Of a stretch of DNA of 64,000 bases, positions 1 to 12,273 are shown piece after piece. Source of the DNA: Microthyrium microscopicum (taxonomy: Eukaryota); NCBI GenBank assembly GCA_010405405.1, contig MU004233.1:251067-315066 (forward strand). Reading direction: 5' to 3'. Within the stretch, counting starts at the first letter, position 1. Each line of letters starts with the position of its first letter. The notes below the pieces were generated by a model. It ran no database searches, was not told where the DNA came from, and saw only the letters and a program-made list of their open reading frames with translations. The position numbers and the translations under genes are program-made.

Positions 1-87
1 CAACCAAAAAAAACTACCAACGTGAAATCTACCAAAAGGTAGTTTTTGACGTTTAGATCTACCATTCTGCCAAAATGTGACTTAACA

Positions 88-671
88 ATATTCTGAATTT
101 AGATTAACTTATTGGGTCCCTTTCTCTATAGCTTATAGCTTTGAAATACTTATTTACGACCTTTATTCGTAGAGTAATTTGCTTTAGAACCTTACCAATG
201 GTTTTTGAGGTTTTTTAGCAACAAGACCAAAAGTCTTGGCGAGCCAAAACCAAGATTCTTGAGATTCTTAAGGACCAACTATGGTCAACTTCTAGCCTAA
301 ATTACTCTATCAATAAAGGTCGTAAATAAGTATTTCAAAGCTATAAGTTATAGAGAGAGGGACCCAATAGCTTAATCTTTAATCAGAATTTGATTTGGTC
401 CTAAAACCACTTTATAATAAGGTATCAAAGTAAGGTCAAGAAGGACAAAGATAGCTAATTTCAACTTAAAGCTGTCTTACCAAGACCTTATATTATTTAA
501 TTCTGATTGAAGAATAAGCTATTGGGTCCCTCCCTCTATAACTTATAGCTTTGGAATACTTATTTACGACCTTTATTGATAGAGTAATTTAGGCTAGAAG
601 TTGACCATAGTTGGTTCTTTAACACTTGAAATTGTGATTTTGGTTTTTATTTTCTGCCAAGACTTAGCGTG
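88..671. repeat. Alternating-orientation (foldback) repeat, three copies of a ~100-120 bp unit; possible end of a DNA transposon or MITE
   Basis: The core ATTGGGTCCC...TATTTACGACCTTTATT..AGAGTAATTT starts at 111 (+) and 521 (+), and its reverse complement lies at ~299-368. The copies at ~271-390 and ~499-622 are near-perfect inverted repeats. Weaker inverted similarity extends to AAGTCTTGGC (231) / GCCAAGACTT (656-665). Confidence 0.85.
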
Positions 672-1840
672 CAGTCCACAGCATCTTGCAATTAAGAATA
701 AAGAAAAGAAAAGCAACTCTGACCTCACAGCATCCGTGGGGCCAAATCAAAAACTCAGCCAGCGAACTAATATTCTAGAAACCGACGTACGAAGCGAGGG
801 CTGACAAGTTGGTTTCCTGCACCTCGACTGCGACTATGCACCATAAATATCTCCTACCGTAGCAGTGCCGCTCGCCAGGAAACATCGGACCCGACGTGGC
901 CATGAAATTACAGATGGAACAGCATCAAGAAGCCAATCTCCCGAGCATCCATATTTAAACTCCATCCGTCAGGGCAAGAAAAAAAATATCTAACCACGAC
1001 TGCCGATCGATGCCCTGTTCCTCGAATCCGAGAGGCCGGAGGCCGCCGTACAATCCATTCAGTTGCGGGTTTCGTGTAACTTCACCGCCAGACCGCTTTT
1101 CCTACACCACATAATTACTGTTTACAAAAATCGCTATCGGAGATAACAGTGGGCATTTCTCACGCATATGCCGTAACCACACCTTACATTTAGTCCCGTT
1201 TGAACCAACTATCGACGCGAATTGTCTGTGGTCGAGTCATTGCCAAAGTGTAATCTTCTAGCTGACGAAAAGCTTCGATTGTGGCCGCTATGCATTGCAT
1301 GCAAAGTATTTGTTTCCCCAAATGTCAAAGAGAAGAGACGAACCTATGGGGCGGAAGGCGACTCTACTCTAGAGTAGAGTAGTTTTCTCCCTGCAATAGC
1401 AATGCAACGCCTTGCGAGGATCCTGCACTGCAGCCGCATCATCTGACTTATCGTCGAGCAGCCTCGGAGACATCAATATGCCGACCGCAATGCGAGTGGG
1501 AGCATCCATAAGATTACTGTCAAACCCACCGGCTCTGTTTTGAGGCCATTCAATTTCTATTGATACCTGTATAGCCTATTCACATGATACCCATCTGATG
1601 CTTTTCCGTGTGCCCATCTATAACTCACGCTCAAAACTGAAAAACAGCTCGCGAAATATCAATGCCCACCATAGGATTGAACAAGAAAGGCCTTTTACAT
1701 GCCTCAGACATCAGAACTGAAAATCAAGTAGCAATTGCTGGGGAATAAACGCCATGGTCGTAATCAGTCTTGCCAAAAAGGCAACCTGAATCAAAGAACA
1801 TAATATGCTCTACAACAACGCGCAAAATACATCATGCATC

Positions 1841-4231
1841 TTACAAATGCGCACCAGCAACAGCAGACTTGAGGCTCTCAACGGTGCCATTGGAGCCATT
1901 GCTCTTGATTCCGAGGTCCTTGATCTCCTCCTTGATGTGGTCAAGCTCCTTGAATGGATCGTACATACGCGCACGGATATAATCATCGAGCTGCTCATCG
2001 CTCAAGGCGCGGATGGCAAGTTCACGATCGACACCATTCTTTTGGGCAGTGCGGATGACACCACGAGTGACGACGACGGACACTTCCCGAATACGGCTGA
2101 TGTCGGGGTAGAGGAAACCCTTGGACTTTTCATCCTCGTTGAGAGAGTATGAAAGGTATTCTCCTGATGCATAGATCATGTCTTGGGTGACGTTGACGGC
2201 TTTGCAGAGGATAGCGCCTAGGCCAATACCTGGGAACACATACATGTTGTTACCTGACTTGAGGTTAAAGATCTGTGGAAAAAAGGGTATGAATGAGATT
2301 TACCTTGACCGGGATACATTTGTTGGCCCTTGTATTCCATCTCAGGGAATGGAGAACCGGAAGCGAAGAGGCATTTGCCGTCGGTGTGAGTGATCGCCTC
2401 TTCGAAGTTGCACTCTGATTTGCTCGAAGGATTGGAGAGAGGGAAGACGACAGGCTTGTCGTTGTTCTTAGCCATCGTCTGGAGAATCTCAGGTGTAAAT
2501 GCGCCACCAATGGTAGACAAACCCATAAGAATAGTTGGCTTGACATAATCAATCACATCGGCGAGGTCCTTGATTTGTTTTCCGCTGTTGTCATCCCGAG
2601 CGAAGTAAGTTTTGTGATCGGCCAACTTGTCTCCACGGTCCAGAGTGACAAGACCCTATTTTGAGTTTAGCACTTGGTCAAAGCGGAATGGACTGAGTAC
2701 CAACCTTGGAATCTACGAGATAGAACTTCTTCTTGGCTTCCTCTTCTGTTAGACCTTCCTTAATGAAGTACTGGACGAGTTGCTTGGCAACACCAACACC
2801 AGCGCTTCCAGCACCAAGGAAGACGGCTTTGTGGTCCTTGGCAGCAACGCCGGATGCTTTCACAGCGTTGATGAAACCACCAACAATGACGGCTCCAGTT
2901 CCTTGTACATCATCGTTGAACATGGTGTAGGTTTTTTGGTATCGTTCCAACGATGTGAATGGGTTCTTCCAATCTTCATATTGGATGACGATGCTAGAGA
3001 ATATTAGAAAGTGCAATGTAGGATGAAGTGTATCAAACTCACCCTGGCCATCTTTCAGTAAGAGCAGCCATGAGTTCATCCAGGAACTCAATTTCATCTT
3101 CTGGAGCGACCTTGTCCATGTTGCTTCCCAAGTATAGAGGATCATTGCGAAGCTCCATATTTGATGTTCCCAAATCAATGGTAAGAGGAAGAGTAGCATC
3201 TGGACGAATACCAGCACATGCTGTATACAGGGCCAGTTTTCCAACTGGAATACCCATACCATTGACACCAAGATCACCAAGACCAAGGATACGAGATCCA
3301 TCAGTCACAACGGTGATTTCGACATTGTGAGGCCAATTGGCCAGAATACCAGCAATGTGACCCTTGTCCGAGTATGAGAGGTACATACCCTCGGGTTGGG
3401 TATAAATGTCGGACCATCTTTGGCAAGCTTCGCCGACAGTAGGAGTGTAGATGAGAGGAGTAATGTCCTGTTAGCGGGAACATGTTAGCTTCTTGACATG
3501 TGCAGGGTTCACGATGCAGGTAATAAAACACCGAGGGAGTTTTCGGAGTTATCGGAATGGAGTGAGAAGACTCAATTGAGTTTGATTTCGGGCGAGAAAT
3601 AGCTAATTGCAGGGGTGGATGTACCTTGACGTTCTCAGATAAAAGTCTGTAGAAAAGATGAACGTTGGTGGCACGGAGGTGAGTCAAGTATTGGTACTTT
3701 TCCAAATCCGTGGACTTGCGGTCAAGTTGCTTGAGACCTTTTAAATGTCAGTTTTGTGAGCAAAGCAACAATTGAAGACATGTACTTACATCGTTGAGCT
3801 TGCAATTCAAAAGTCTCTGTGTTTGGAGGAGTGAGACCATATGTGCGAAGGTATTTGCGAACTTCTGGAGGATAAGCGTTGTCATAGTCACCAGAGCTTT
3901 CAAAATGTTAGCAGGGGGTCTATGAGGCGACAAAGGAGACTTACGTGGTCGCAAGCTGACGACTCGACATTGTTGGATGGTGAGTATGCTTAATATTGGC
4001 GTGAGGTGGCTGCGAAGCCTCGTTTGAAACCATTGTTGCAAAAAAAGCAGGTGGTGAAGGTTGAGAGAGTGGTGATCGAGGGGTGGAAAAGGCTGAGGCT
4101 GAGGATGATGAGGTACGATGGAGGGTAGAGGAGGGACACGCGACTGGTCTTACTAACAGAGAAGGGACAATTGGAGGGAGAAATCTCAATCGAGATGGAG
4201 GCAACTGTGAGAGTCGAGGCCCCGGAGGCAT
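1841..4231 (-). CDS. NAD(P)-dependent malic enzyme, multi-exon
   Basis: Spliced ORF pieces give malic enzyme motifs: GLTPP, IYTPTVGEACQ, VVTDGSRILGLGDLG, FNDDVQGTGAV, FLGAGSAGVG, FPLSNPSS, FASGSPF and YVFPGIGLG. The first intron is 3944-3897 (GTAAGT..CTAAC..AAG). The start could be ATG 4231, 4033 or 3970. Confidence 0.95.
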
Positions 4232-6129
4232 CGGAAGCTTTATATACGCTGTTCAATTGATGCGCGCGCCGCTTACCGTAGATGAAAAGGCCCGCAGTCA
4301 AAGTCCGATACAACAAAAAGTGAGAAATACCCAAAAAGGACTGAACAGAATTGGCAAATGGGAATGATGCAGAGTGAACGGACCACTCGCCAATGAGTCT
4401 GAGAGTCGACAAACACTAAAACCACGCCCGCTGTCCTCCTGCTTCCTTGTAACTCCAGCAAGTTGTCTTTCTCCGTATCCGCCCGATGTCTGTCACTCTC
4501 TGAATGAGGTCTGCGTCTCAGAAGCCTAATTGTTCGACATCAAGGTCTATCTGTGGGGGTCTATGGGTCTATGGAGCCACTATCCGAACAAGCTCAATCA
4601 TCGAGGGGATCCGACCTCGTTTTCGTTGCTCTCATTGCTCCATTTCTCAGCTGATATCTCTCTGCCGAATCCATGGACAGGAATCAAAAATGAGCACAAA
4701 GACTACATTACAACGCTCAATCGCACTCAATTCTCTGCAACCTGCAAGTTCACGCGAAAGACGGCAACAAAGTGGAGTCTCTAAGCTGCCGTGTTTGCTC
4801 GCATCTCGCGCAAGGCCCCGAGAGTATTTGTAACATTTCAGTACTGGTGGCCTACCAAGTCACACCGCCTCAGCACAAATAGAACATCTCTGCGCTTCTG
4901 CGGGTGCATCGTGAAAAGGCTCAACTACTTTTACGGTATTTCCCAGGATGATCGATTGGCCCAATTGAATGCAGCTCAGAGACCCACTGCAGAATCAGAT
5001 GTCGGGCGTATCGTCCGTCATTCTTTTCTTTTTTGCTTCTTACGATCGCCTACACACTCATGCGGTCGAATCGTCGTTGAGCAACTAATCAAAGGGGCAT
5101 TTTACCGCGTGGAGTTTAATACCGCAGGACCTTGACAGTACGCAATTGAATTGACGCCCTAATTCCCGTCATACAGCCTCTTCAGTGTTGCTTTTCAGCT
5201 TCGTGGCAAACATGTGGCATATCTCGTGTTGCTTGAAAATTGAGGCCTGTCTCGACCTGTTCAGCCTGATTGGGTTAATGCATGTACCAAGCTGCTGGGA
5301 GCTTGCAGCAACCATGGGAAGCTTGGGGTCGAGATAAATTCGGGATCGTCAAATTGATGCATGTCTTTCAAATCGCCGGAGGCCTTGCTGTGCTGCTTGA
5401 TGCTGACTCGGGTGGAGGTATGCATTGAGCCTGAACCTTCAATTAAACATCAATTGTTTGTTCCGAACATTACGAGGGACGAAAATAAGATTGGTGTATC
5501 CACGGCTCGGTGTAACTCGATGATATGGTAATCGACAAGGTTTATCTCGATCTCTGATGCGACATGCAGCACGCCCAAGGAGGCCGCCTTGCGAAAGCTC
5601 TCAAGCTCTTGGAGCTCCTATTGCTTTATTCTGAAGCCAGTCGAGTCCAGCTTCTGATTTGCATCACGAACCTTCATAGAAAATGAAAGCTATGACACTA
5701 GCACGCTTTCCATGACTGCATCGTTCAAAGACACGAACGACAACCAGGTCTTAAAAGACTGCCAGCACATCGCTAGCGACGTTACGCATTGTGGGCTTTC
5801 CTTCCTCTGGACGTTGTATGCAACAGCTGCCCAATGACCATGATAAGAACTAAATCTTGTCAGACTTCTAATTATCGTGACAATAAGATTGACAGAAGAT
5901 GAAGGAGGTTGAGATGAGGATGAGCTTGGTCGATCGATCGGCGACGTCACTGCCTCAGTTCCCCACAGCCAAGCTGTCAACCGCAACTGCTCGTGCCTTT
6001 CCCAAGACTTTGTGCATCATTGACTCCAACTTCATCCAATTCTTCCCATCTACAATCTGCAATCACTTCGTCCTACAACCCAAATGACCTAAAGCCTTCT
6101 CCCACGTAAATACATTCTCGGCCGTCAAG

Positions 6130-8471
6130 ATGTTCTCCTGCTTTGGCTACGGTGGTGGTGACGACGAGCATGAGCCTCTGCTACCACAATACAATGACGA
6201 TACCACCCTTCAACGAGAGCTACACAAGAAGCTGCATTCTTATCAGATGCTCCAAGCCATCCGAAATGGATACATGCCATCTACTGAACAACTTGTCGCC
6301 AATCTACGCTCTCTCTTGGGCACCGATGTCCTAAATCCCACTGATTCGTCACTTAGCCGGTCTGGGCACCGACTGTCCAAGCTGATGAAAGATTGGTTGA
6401 AAGACTTCATGACTCTGCTCATGAACAAAAACAATGATGATCAAGTTCAACAATTGATTTGGGACATAATACATTCAAAAGTGACTGTCGATGTACAAGA
6501 TGTCGCTAGACAAGCTGGCAAGGCTAGGGCCAAGGCCGACTCCGCTGCAGGTTGGCATCCCACTCACCCGATTCCATCCCCATGGGGAAACCTCAAAACG
6601 TTCTAGGCTAACGCGTGCCGTTTTTAGTATACCAAAGTCTACAAACTGTTGGCTCTCTACTTCTCACAAACCCCGACTTCCGTCTATTTCTCTCCGACCT
6701 CTCCACCATCGGTCGCCAGGTATTCCAGGATACAGCACATGCCGTCTCCGGGGTTGCGGAAGAAGCAGGCGATCGTATAGCGCCCTCGGACGATGCCGTA
6801 GCCGCAATACAGTCACCTGGGAATGATGAGTCTAGCAAAGACGACACTGTCAGATATCCTTCCAAAGATGACCTCGGTGCCCAAGTTGCCGAGGTGTCAC
6901 AGGTAGCCTCCGATGGCATCGCAAAGGTTGCCGAACAAGCACGAGACAGTGTAACCGAGAATTTATCGGGTCAACAGAAGGAGTCCTTGATATATCGATT
7001 GAAGCAAGCAATATCTCGACTTAGAAAGCGACCCGATTATTCAGATTCAGTGTCTACCATCTCCCTGCTCATCAAACGCTGGGCATTGGTCTACTCGCAG
7101 GCCTTGCAGGATACCGCTAGTACTCTTCAGGATGATGTTCATGAGAATGCAGCAGCGGACCGAGCCGTCCGCAATACCTGGTCATTGCTTTCCTCTCTTG
7201 GAGAAAAGAAAGAATGGGACAAGCTTGAGGATTGCCTCAAACAGGTAATGAGCCATAAGGACAATGATCCGGAATTTGACAACCTCATTACCGATCTTAG
7301 TGGATCTGTAGAAAAGCTTCTCACTGATCCGGATTTCTTGGACCATGCTGAAGAAAAGTTCAATGAGCTACGAGGCAAATCTGAAAAAGTTAAGACTGAT
7401 TCCAACCTTCGCAAGGACCTGGATCGATTGGTCGCTCAAAGTCAACGGACTTTGCAGTCCGTCATCAGTGACAAAGATGTCTCAAATCTGATACGTGACA
7501 GCGAGCAACTTATCAAGCTTGTGTCTCCATCTGGAGAGTATATTAATACTACTCTCATGACAGACGTACTTAATGTCTTCGGACCTGTACTCATCCAAGC
7601 AGTTCAAACTCTTCCTATACCACGCCTCGAAGTATCGACACCTGAGCTGGACTTATTGCTAGAAAACCTAATACTCACCCCAGGACATACAGTCAACCGA
7701 TCTTCATTCTTGCCATATCAATTCGCGGTATCCACAACGAACGATATCGTCGTTCGCAAAACACATACATCACAGATTGCCTCATCGCTTTCCACTAACG
7801 TTACTCTCAAGCTTGACGGCTTCTCTGTGCAAGCACAAGACGTCGGCTTCTGGATGCGAACCCACGTTGGCATACTCCGCTTCGTCGACTCAGGCCTCGC
7901 GTCCTTTGCGCTTGATGAACGTGGCATTGACATTCACGTCGACGTAGCCGTGGCCCAAAATTCTCTCGAACAAATTCTCTCACTCAAAGCAGTCCGCGTA
8001 CACGTCCACAAACTCAACTTCAACCTAAAATCTTCCACCTTCAGCATCTGCGCTTGGCTGCTCCGGCCCCTTCTACGACCTATTATCCGCAAAGTTCTGG
8101 AGCGTCAACTAGCCCTTGCCATCACTGTGTTCTTCCGTGCTGCTAACCGCGAACTGGTTTTCGCCCGAGAGCGACTGCGCGCTACCCGTATTGCGGACCC
8201 CAAGGATATGCTCACTTTCTTCAAGGCCGTTGCTGCTCGTCTTACACCAGAGGATGATCCAGATGTGTATACACGCGTGGGTGTGGACGAGCCTGGCAGA
8301 GGCGTGTTCAAAGGCAAATACGCGCCTGGAAGCTTGGCCAAAGTATGGGCCCAGGAAGGACAACATGCCGGGGAGATTGTCGAGGATGGTGCGGAGGTTA
8401 TTGGCCGTGGAAAGACTGGTTGGCGCAATGAAGTCTTTGATGTGCATGCCAATTCTACCTTGTTAGGATGA
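6130..8471 (+). CDS. Conserved fungal HAM1-like / BPI(TULIP)-like protein (DUF5923/DUF4449-type), 2 exons
   Basis: Exons 6130-6550 and 6628-8471 join in frame (..DSAA-V-YQSLQTVG) across a GTTGGC..CTAAC..TAG intron. The N-half is helical and the C-half is beta-rich (LPIPRLEV..LDLLLENL; VRVHVHKLNF). The family call is from memory of similar fungal proteins. Confidence 0.7.
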
Positions 8472-8857
8472 AGTCCCCGGTAAAATTATGACTGGATGTG
8501 GTTTCATTGTTATGCATATATGGATGGGTTTATGGGTCAAAAGCAACACTGTACGTATATGAGTATCTCCTAACTTACCTGTACTCTTCAAACCTAGCAA
8601 TACACGAAGATTCCCAACATGACTGACTTGCTTGATGGTTTGGGTCACCTGCGTGGGTGTAGGTTTTCTCGGGATGTCTTTCTATCGGTACCACTGATCG
8701 ATGTGTGCTATTTTTTGATCTCCAAAAAATAATTTCCGTGACCAAGTGACCCAACACCATCTCCACACTTTTTTCCGCTTTTGCAGATATCGGTCAACGC
8801 TCTATAACCCGCAAGCATCCCTGCTAGTCCCAGCGGTTGCGCCCATCGCCATCTAGA

Positions 8858-10351
8858 ATGGTCTTTTTTCGCACCACTACCATGCTCCTCACTATCATAA
8901 CATTACTCCTCTCCACGCCCTCCATAGCCCAACACACATCGCAAACGTACTGGCACATACCCTCCGTCGTCGCCAATAACCCGCCACTGCCAACTCCCGG
9001 CCCAAACGTCCCGCAACCTGGCCCAGCTCGGTGGGTAGACTGGCCCAAACCACTTGAACACGACGCCGACCGCTGGTACTATCCCTACGGCGCGCCCACA
9101 ACCATCTCGCAGTCCACCTGGACTCCCAAACCATCCGTCATCCCCGCAGATGGAGGCATATTCGGCACCCAAGAAGTCGGCCAAATTTTCCCCGAAGGTC
9201 TAATATCCAACCCGCGCGACTGGGTCAGCGGACATGAAAGAAAGCAGATCGTCTTTGGTGTTGATTCTTGGGAATTCTCACCAACTCTTATCCCTGCTGG
9301 TATTTTGCCAACTACGTACTGGGACGCTGAGGCCAGACCTGTCGTCACGGTGGCTCCTGTACCACCAGTTTTGGGCCCTTATTTCAAACCTCAACATCCG
9401 TTTCCAAAATGGGACTGGGTGTACAAAGAGCATCCAGACCAACGCGAGGCTTTGGAAACACAAGTAGATTTCAGCATGGTGCCGCGGCCAAAGGTCATCG
9501 TTCCGGTGCTCAGTGACTATGCAGCAGTTCAAATGCTGAATTTCTTCCACGATGGGCGTGCACTTTGGGATAAAGAGCCAGTCTTCAAGAAAGGGCACTA
9601 CCGATTCGCACTGCTAAACGATACCACCTGGGGTCCATCCTACACGCTCAACGTAACAGGGTCCAAAAAATACATTGACGATGTAGTAGCCCGCATCATC
9701 CCCAAATTCCTGCCCGCCTGGGAACAAGCAGGCGAAGGCCATGCATTATGGGCACCACTAGTCCACCTCCGACCAGGATATCAAGGCAACATGTTCGTCG
9801 CGACGCTCGAACTCGTCATACCAAGCTACGAAAGCGCCTACAAGTACAACATGACCTTCCCGCACGACCTCAACAACTTCTACGGCTGGCAAGCCGCGCG
9901 GGCCGCAAAACGCGTGCAGAAAGCAAAATGGTGGCATCTCTGGGGAGTGGGCGGACCAAGCGAGGGTGCGCTGAGGGAGAATATGGAGCGCGCGTTTATG
10001 GAGACGCGGAATTGGTGGGCGCGCAAACGTAGGGATAAGGCGAAGGGGGTGCCGGTTACGCCGATGCCGTGGCCGACGAATTATGTGGAGGCGGAGCGGA
10101 TTGAGAAGATGGAGAGGAGGGAGTTTGCGGAGGCGGAGGATAGGAAATATGGGCGCGTTTCGCAGGAGAGGGCGAGGGAACAGTGGTTGCAGAAGCTGAG
10201 GGAGGATATGGCGAGATGGGAGAAGGAGAAGGGAAATGGGACGAAGGTTCTGAGAGGGATGGATGCTATGGAGACGGATGGTATGGAGATGGGTGAGTGG
10301 ACGAAAGTTGTGAGGGACGAGCCTGAGGGGAAGCCACCAGTGGAGTTGTGA
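8858..10351 (+). CDS. Hypothetical secreted protein, Pro/Trp-rich with a charged C-terminus
   Basis: Single ORF of ~497 aa from ATG 8858, with a hydrophobic signal-like N-terminus (MLLTIITLLLSTPSIA-Q). No domain recognised. Confidence 0.75.
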   Translation: MVFFRTTTMLLTIITLLLSTPSIAQHTSQTYWHIPSVVANNPPLPTPGPNVPQPGPARWVDWPKPLEHDADRWYYPYGAPTTISQSTWTPKPSVIPADGGIFGTQEVGQIFPEGLISNPRDWVSGHERKQIVFGVDSWEFSPTLIPAGILPTTYWDAEARPVVTVAPVPPVLGPYFKPQHPFPKWDWVYKEHPDQREALETQVDFSMVPRPKVIVPVLSDYAAVQMLNFFHDGRALWDKEPVFKKGHYRFALLNDTTWGPSYTLNVTGSKKYIDDVVARIIPKFLPAWEQAGEGHALWAPLVHLRPGYQGNMFVATLELVIPSYESAYKYNMTFPHDLNNFYGWQAARAAKRVQKAKWWHLWGVGGPSEGALRENMERAFMETRNWWARKRRDKAKGVPVTPMPWPTNYVEAERIEKMERREFAEAEDRKYGRVSQERAREQWLQKLREDMARWEKEKGNGTKVLRGMDAMETDGMEMGEWTKVVRDEPEGKPPVEL

Positions 10352-10539
10352 TTATAGTGGCGTTTTGGTGTTGTGGTTTTTTATACTGCCTTGACTGCTC
10401 AAGAGTATTGGAATATGGTGGTTATATTAGCTGGGTGGCGTTTGAACCATTGTTCCTAACTGAAATCATTTGTTCCACAGGACGTTTTAGTGAGTGTAAC
10501 TCTGGAACGTTTTGTCGTCCAAGCTGGCGGCCTTGGTGA

Positions 10540-11555
10540 TCATCTTCGTCTGCCAAGACTACGACTTCGTCTCCTATTTCGATCTCTGTGGTGAGATCTT
10601 TGACTCCTCGACTCCCCATGGCGTTCTCTGCTTCTGCTTCGATGCCGCGATCTATCACTCCGATGCCCCTTTTCTCTCTTCTTTTCCGCAGGCGCATCCA
10701 AAGAGAATGCACCCATCTCAAAATCTTCCTCCTCATGTCTCCGCCTCAGCTCTCTATCTCGCTCCTCCTTCTCTCTTCTCGATTCTTTCAATTGCACTTG
10801 GGCCTTTTGCATGAAAGCCAGCGGATCCGAACTGACCATCCTCCTCTCCTCCCTCATCAGTCTTCTAGGATCGTCATTCCCCCACACATCCTTCCCCTGT
10901 TTGTTCTTCACAACGCCCTCTTTATCTAAATACCACGTCTCTCCACCTTTCCGTCCCCACGCATCTTTCAAATGCATTCCATACTCCTGCTCCACATCCT
11001 TCTGCTCCCCACGCTCCTTTTCCACTTCTGATTTGCGGCCCTTCTCACTGTGTTTCTTGGCCTTGGCTTCGGGAAACAAGTTAATGTGTCCCGCGCCATC
11101 AACTATCGGCGCTTCAGCATCTTTAGTGCGTAAATGCGCAACTGCCATTGAACTTCGTTGATCTTCTCGCTCCCGTGCTTGTCGCATATCACGATCCGTG
11201 TCATCTTCACCAGGTAAACGTTTACGCTTGCGCGCATCTTGTCGTTCCTTGGCCAGATTGCTCGTGGCTTTGATCATCAACTTCTCCTGCTCAGCTTCCT
11301 TTTCAGTGAGTGCGGGCGCGGGCGGAGGAGATGGGAGAGAGCCATCGTCGCGTAGTTGGGCGAGGCGTGCGCTGGATTCGGCGTCGCGGGAGTTGCGGTC
11401 TGCATCGCGTGCTGCTGCTTCGGCGAGGGCTTCATCGCGGGCTACACGGGCGCGGTTGGCGGGGGAGTAGACGTTCCATGATTTCTTGGAGAGGAGATGT
11501 CTGGATGGTGGTTAGACGGTTGGTTAGATGAACGGCGGAGAACGTACAGCGGCAT
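10540..11555 (-). CDS. CIR N-terminal domain (Cir_N) / LENG1-like spliceosome-associated protein
   Basis: ATG 11555, 8-nt first exon and intron 11547-11501 (GTACGT..CTAAC..CAG) give MPLHLLSKKSWNVYSPANRARVARDEA, the Cir_N signature. The protein also has a GHINLF motif and an RS-rich tail. The ORF track shows only the 3' part. Confidence 0.85.
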
Positions 11556-12273
11556 TTTGGAATGACTTTATTTATCGTTGCTAGGTTTCATGATCCTCGC
11601 GTAAAGCGTTGATTGAGTTCAGCCAATTCGCACAACAAATAATGCTTTGCGGCGCAGCATAAAATCAAGATGGGATTGAAGTTAAATTGAGAAACTCCAA
11701 TAAGGCTTAGCGGCAAGGCAGCCACAACCGTCAAACAAGGCAGGAACTGACGACAAATTTGGGCAAGTGGACTGCATGTGCATGGTGGGGCGCGACTTCT
11801 ATTTTGAGCCACGCAAATCAGGGACAAAATAAGTGAGCCGTTTTGACTACTATTCACATCCATTACCATGGCTGCCACACAACTCGCTCTGGTATCGAGT
11901 GCTTTATTTACCATCTAGGGCGTTCAGGCTCGGATATTTTATTGAATGCGAGGCGAATTAGAGTAGTCACTCTTTAAGAAGTGTTATGGCAGCCATCGAC
12001 TTTGATGGGTATAGTCGCCGAAATGGCTCTCACTTATTTTGTGCCCGAAGAGCCCCGCAAACCAACGCTCCTACCGGTACCCAATAATGCTGCGTCTGCC
12101 TGCCAAATGCCCACTACGTAATCCTTCCCAACCATCCTCTCTATCATTGCGCGGCCAAATCCAGGCATCTGGTCAACAACACTGTCCGGTAGAAGCCTAC
12201 AGTTCTATTCATATTGAACAATCCTCCCTCTCCCTTCGTGTCATCGGCCTTTTCATCTCCTCTCTGGCCCAAC

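Noticed and set aside
672..1800. Possible structured ncRNA (telomerase RNA, RNase P/MRP, snRNA) in the ORF-poor stretch
   Set aside because: No template or conserved box motif was recognised. An Infernal/Rfam search would be needed.
1805..3330. Several plus-strand ORFs over the malic enzyme gene
   Set aside because: They are antisense shadows of a codon-biased gene.
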